In this document: positions 61,423 through 64,000 of the stretch, piece after piece
Numbering within the stretch: the stretch's first letter is position 1
How the letters are laid out: the number at the start of each line of letters is the position of its first letter
Assembly: GCA_977017645.1 (NCBI GenBank)
Contig: OZ360220.1
Span: forward strand, 87,978,001 to 88,042,000
Direction: 5' to 3'
DNA length: 64,000 nucleotides
Origin: Torpedo marmorata
Taxonomy: Eukaryota
Position numbers and translations under genes: made by a program
The notes under the pieces: model-generated
The model's input: the letters and a program-made list of their open reading frames with translations, nothing else
The model's database searches: none
What the model was told of the DNA's origin: nothing

Positions 61423-64000
61423 TGTGGCGGCCCGCCACCGTGGAGATCGAGCCGGCGCATCGCGCGCGGTAGTAAACAGCGGCATAACACACCGTAACGT
61501 GACCCTTAGCATAGCGAACCGGCACAGTTGAAAGCTGGAGCAGTACAAGACCAGCAGCCCTAAAATGGTGCTGGCCAAGCTGCCCATACCAGGCTGGGGA
61601 AGAAGGGTATTCATATGTAAGAACGTTCCCACCCCCTATTGTTATTCATGTGGCTGATGTCAACCAATCAACCAAACGGCGGGAACTCCAACTGTATAAA
61701 ATAAGCATTTCCAGCCTCAATAAAGCAGAGAGCTTAACCTTCCACTCTGCGTGTGTGTGCTTCTTCGTAGCAGTCGGCTACAATTGGTGACCCCGACGGT
61801 TTAGACGGCATCTAAACCCAGCGATGGATAGCGAAGCAGCGATCAGCGCAGTCGGCCTCAAGCCCCCGACCATCTGGACAGTTCGACCCGGCGTGTGGTT
61901 CGACCAGGCTGAGGCTCAGTTCCAGATTAGGAGCATCACAGCTGAGACCACAAGGTACTACCATGTGGTCAGCGCCCTGGATCCAGTGACTGCAGACAGG
62001 GTGGCCAACTTCATCCAGAGGCCACCATCGGAAGGCACTTACACTGCCTTCAAATAGCTATTGACTGACACCTTCGGGCTCTCGTGGCGAGAGAGAGGGG
62101 CACGGCTGCTCCACCTGGATGGACTAGGGGACAGACCCCTGTCAGCGCTCATGAACAAGATGCTAGCCCTCCCGGCAGACCACGAGCCCTGCGTCATGTT
62201 CGAGCAGGCGTTCTTGGAGTAGCTGCCCGAGGACATCCAACCGCTCCTGGCTGACGCGGATTTCAGCGACCCCCAGAAAGTCGCAGCACGGGCAGATATT
62301 CTGTGGAAGCAGAAACAGAAGTGCTCGGCTACCGTGGGGCTCGTCACGAAGTCTCGCAACCAGACCAAAGCAGGCCCTGGAAAGGAGCGGCAGGCAAGAG
62401 GCAGGGACGAGTCCAAGGAGAGATGTTGCTTCTACCACCAAAGATGGGGCTCCGAGGCCCGCCGATGCCGGTCGCCTTGCGAGTTCCATTGAAACGACAA
62501 GGCCAGCTGACGCTGATGGCCACGGCGGCTGGCCATCGAGAGAGCCTCCTGTACGTATGGGATCGCCTTTCCAGCAGACGATTCTTGGTGGATACAGGAG
62601 CGCAGGTCAGCGTGATGCCCCCGACAGGTTTGGACACTAGATGCAGGCAAGCGGGCCCCACGTTGAGGGCTGCCAACAACAGCAGCATACGGACCTATGG
62701 CAAGCGTAGGTCCGAGCTGCAGTTCGGAGGCAGTCACTTCTCGTGGGAGTTCACGCTGGCCGCAGTGGAACAGCCACTCCTCGGAGCGGACTTCCTGCGG
62801 GCCCACAGCCTCTTAGTGAACCTCAAGGGCAAGAGACTCATGAACGCAGAAATGTTCCAAACCTTCGCACTGAGGGGCGCCGGGCTCCCGGCACTGCACC
62901 TGGACTCCGTCCACAGCTTGGACGATGAGTTCTCCAAAGTGCTGGCCGAGTTCCCGGCAATCCTTTCCCCTCAGTTCATGGAGAGGTGCCCTGACACGGC
63001 GTCAGGCATCACATCATTACCAAGGGTCCACCTCTCCACGCAAGGGCGAGACGACTTCTCCCGGAGAAGCTTCAACTGGCCAAGGAGGAGTTCCGCAAGC
63101 TCAAGGAGTTAGGCATCGTTCGGCGGTCGGACAATCCATGGGCTTCTCCCCTGCACATGGTGCCCAAAGCATCTGGGGGCTGGAGACCGTGCAGCGACTA
63201 CCACCGGCTTAACGAGGCCACCACTCCAGATCGTTACCCCGTGCCGCATATCCAGGACTTTGCGGCAAACCTGCACGGAGTGATAATCTTCTCCAAAGTG
63301 GATGGTGCGAGGGTACCACCAAATCGCGGTGCACCCTGACGACATCCCCAAGACGGCCATCCATTCGGGCTGTTGGAGTTCCTGAGGATGCCATTCAGGC
63401 TCAAGAGAGCGGCACAGACATTCCAGCGACTGATGGACGTGGTGGCCGAGACCTGGACGGCACCTTCTCCTACTTAAGATGATATCCTGGTGGTGAGCAG
63501 AAACCGGCAGGAACATCTACATCACCTCTGAAGCCTCTACAGTCGCCTAGTGAGATCGGCCTTACTATCAACCTGGCTAAATGCCAGTTCAGGCTGACAC
63601 GATTGACTTCCTGGGTCACAGGATTACCAAATGCGGGGCCACGCCACTACCCAGCAAGGTGGAGGCTATCCGCAACTTCCCGAGGCCCAGTACGACCAAA
63701 GGACTGCAGGAGTTAATGGGGATGGTCAACTTTTATCGCAGATTCATCCCCGCAGCTGCTCGAACCATGCGCCCACTCTTCACCCTGATGACTGGCAAGG
63801 CGAAGGACTTGACCTGGGACGATGACTCCGCACGAGCATTCGCGGAAGCGAAGGAAGCCCTGGCTAATGCCGCACTCCGGGCCCACCCCAGGTCAGATGC
63901 ACCCACAGCCCTCACGGTCGATGCCTCAGGAACGGTGATTGGTGGAGTTCTGCAGCAGCAGATAGAAGGAAGTTGGCTTCCACTAGCTTTCTTCAGCAAA
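61423..64000 (+). mobile_element. Second CsRN1-type Gypsy copy (runs off the window end)
   Basis: 5' LTR at 61423-61782 (TG...CA), Trp PBS, gag ATG at 61824, PR FLVDTGA, and RT. Highly similar to 45089-47660. Confidence 0.95.

Noticed and set aside
39848-64000. The next upstream EDIL3 exon (GCSEPLG...WLQ)
   Set aside because: I could not find it by eye or in the ORF track. It probably lies beyond the window; tBLASTn with EDIL3 would settle this.

Overview
Vertebrate genomic DNA, most likely from an elasmobranch (shark or ray). That assignment is inferred from the HE1/V-SINE, HER1-like CR1, Rex1/Babar and Penelope repeat repertoire. The only host gene I can support is the 3' end of EDIL3 (Del-1) on the minus strand: a 156-bp penultimate coding exon (39692-39847), a 24.6-kb intron, and the terminal coding exon (14924-15070, absent from the ORF track), which together encode most of the C-terminal discoidin (F5/8 type C) domain. 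The rest is mostly transposable elements: CR1, L1, Rex1/Babar and L2 LINE relics; Penelope elements with inverted pseudo-LTRs; tRNA-derived V-SINEs; a 5S-rRNA-derived SINE (2 copies); a DD35D pogo/Passer transposon and a non-autonomous relative; Tc1/mariner-pogo and hAT MITEs; and two CsRN1-type Gypsy LTR retrotransposons. The most interesting signals are (i) minimal hammerhead-ribozyme motifs in the Penelope pseudo-LTRs, whose stem I pairs in two different sequence variants, (ii) the 5S-derived SINE with an extended terminal stem, (iii) a multi-element nested insertion with four readable TSDs, (iv) a -1 frameshift cassette and shared lesions in the Gypsy copies, and (v) a Passer transposase interrupted by a single stop at codon 4. 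I found no convincing novel host-encoded protein system. Boundaries of old repeats are approximate unless a TSD or TIR is quoted.
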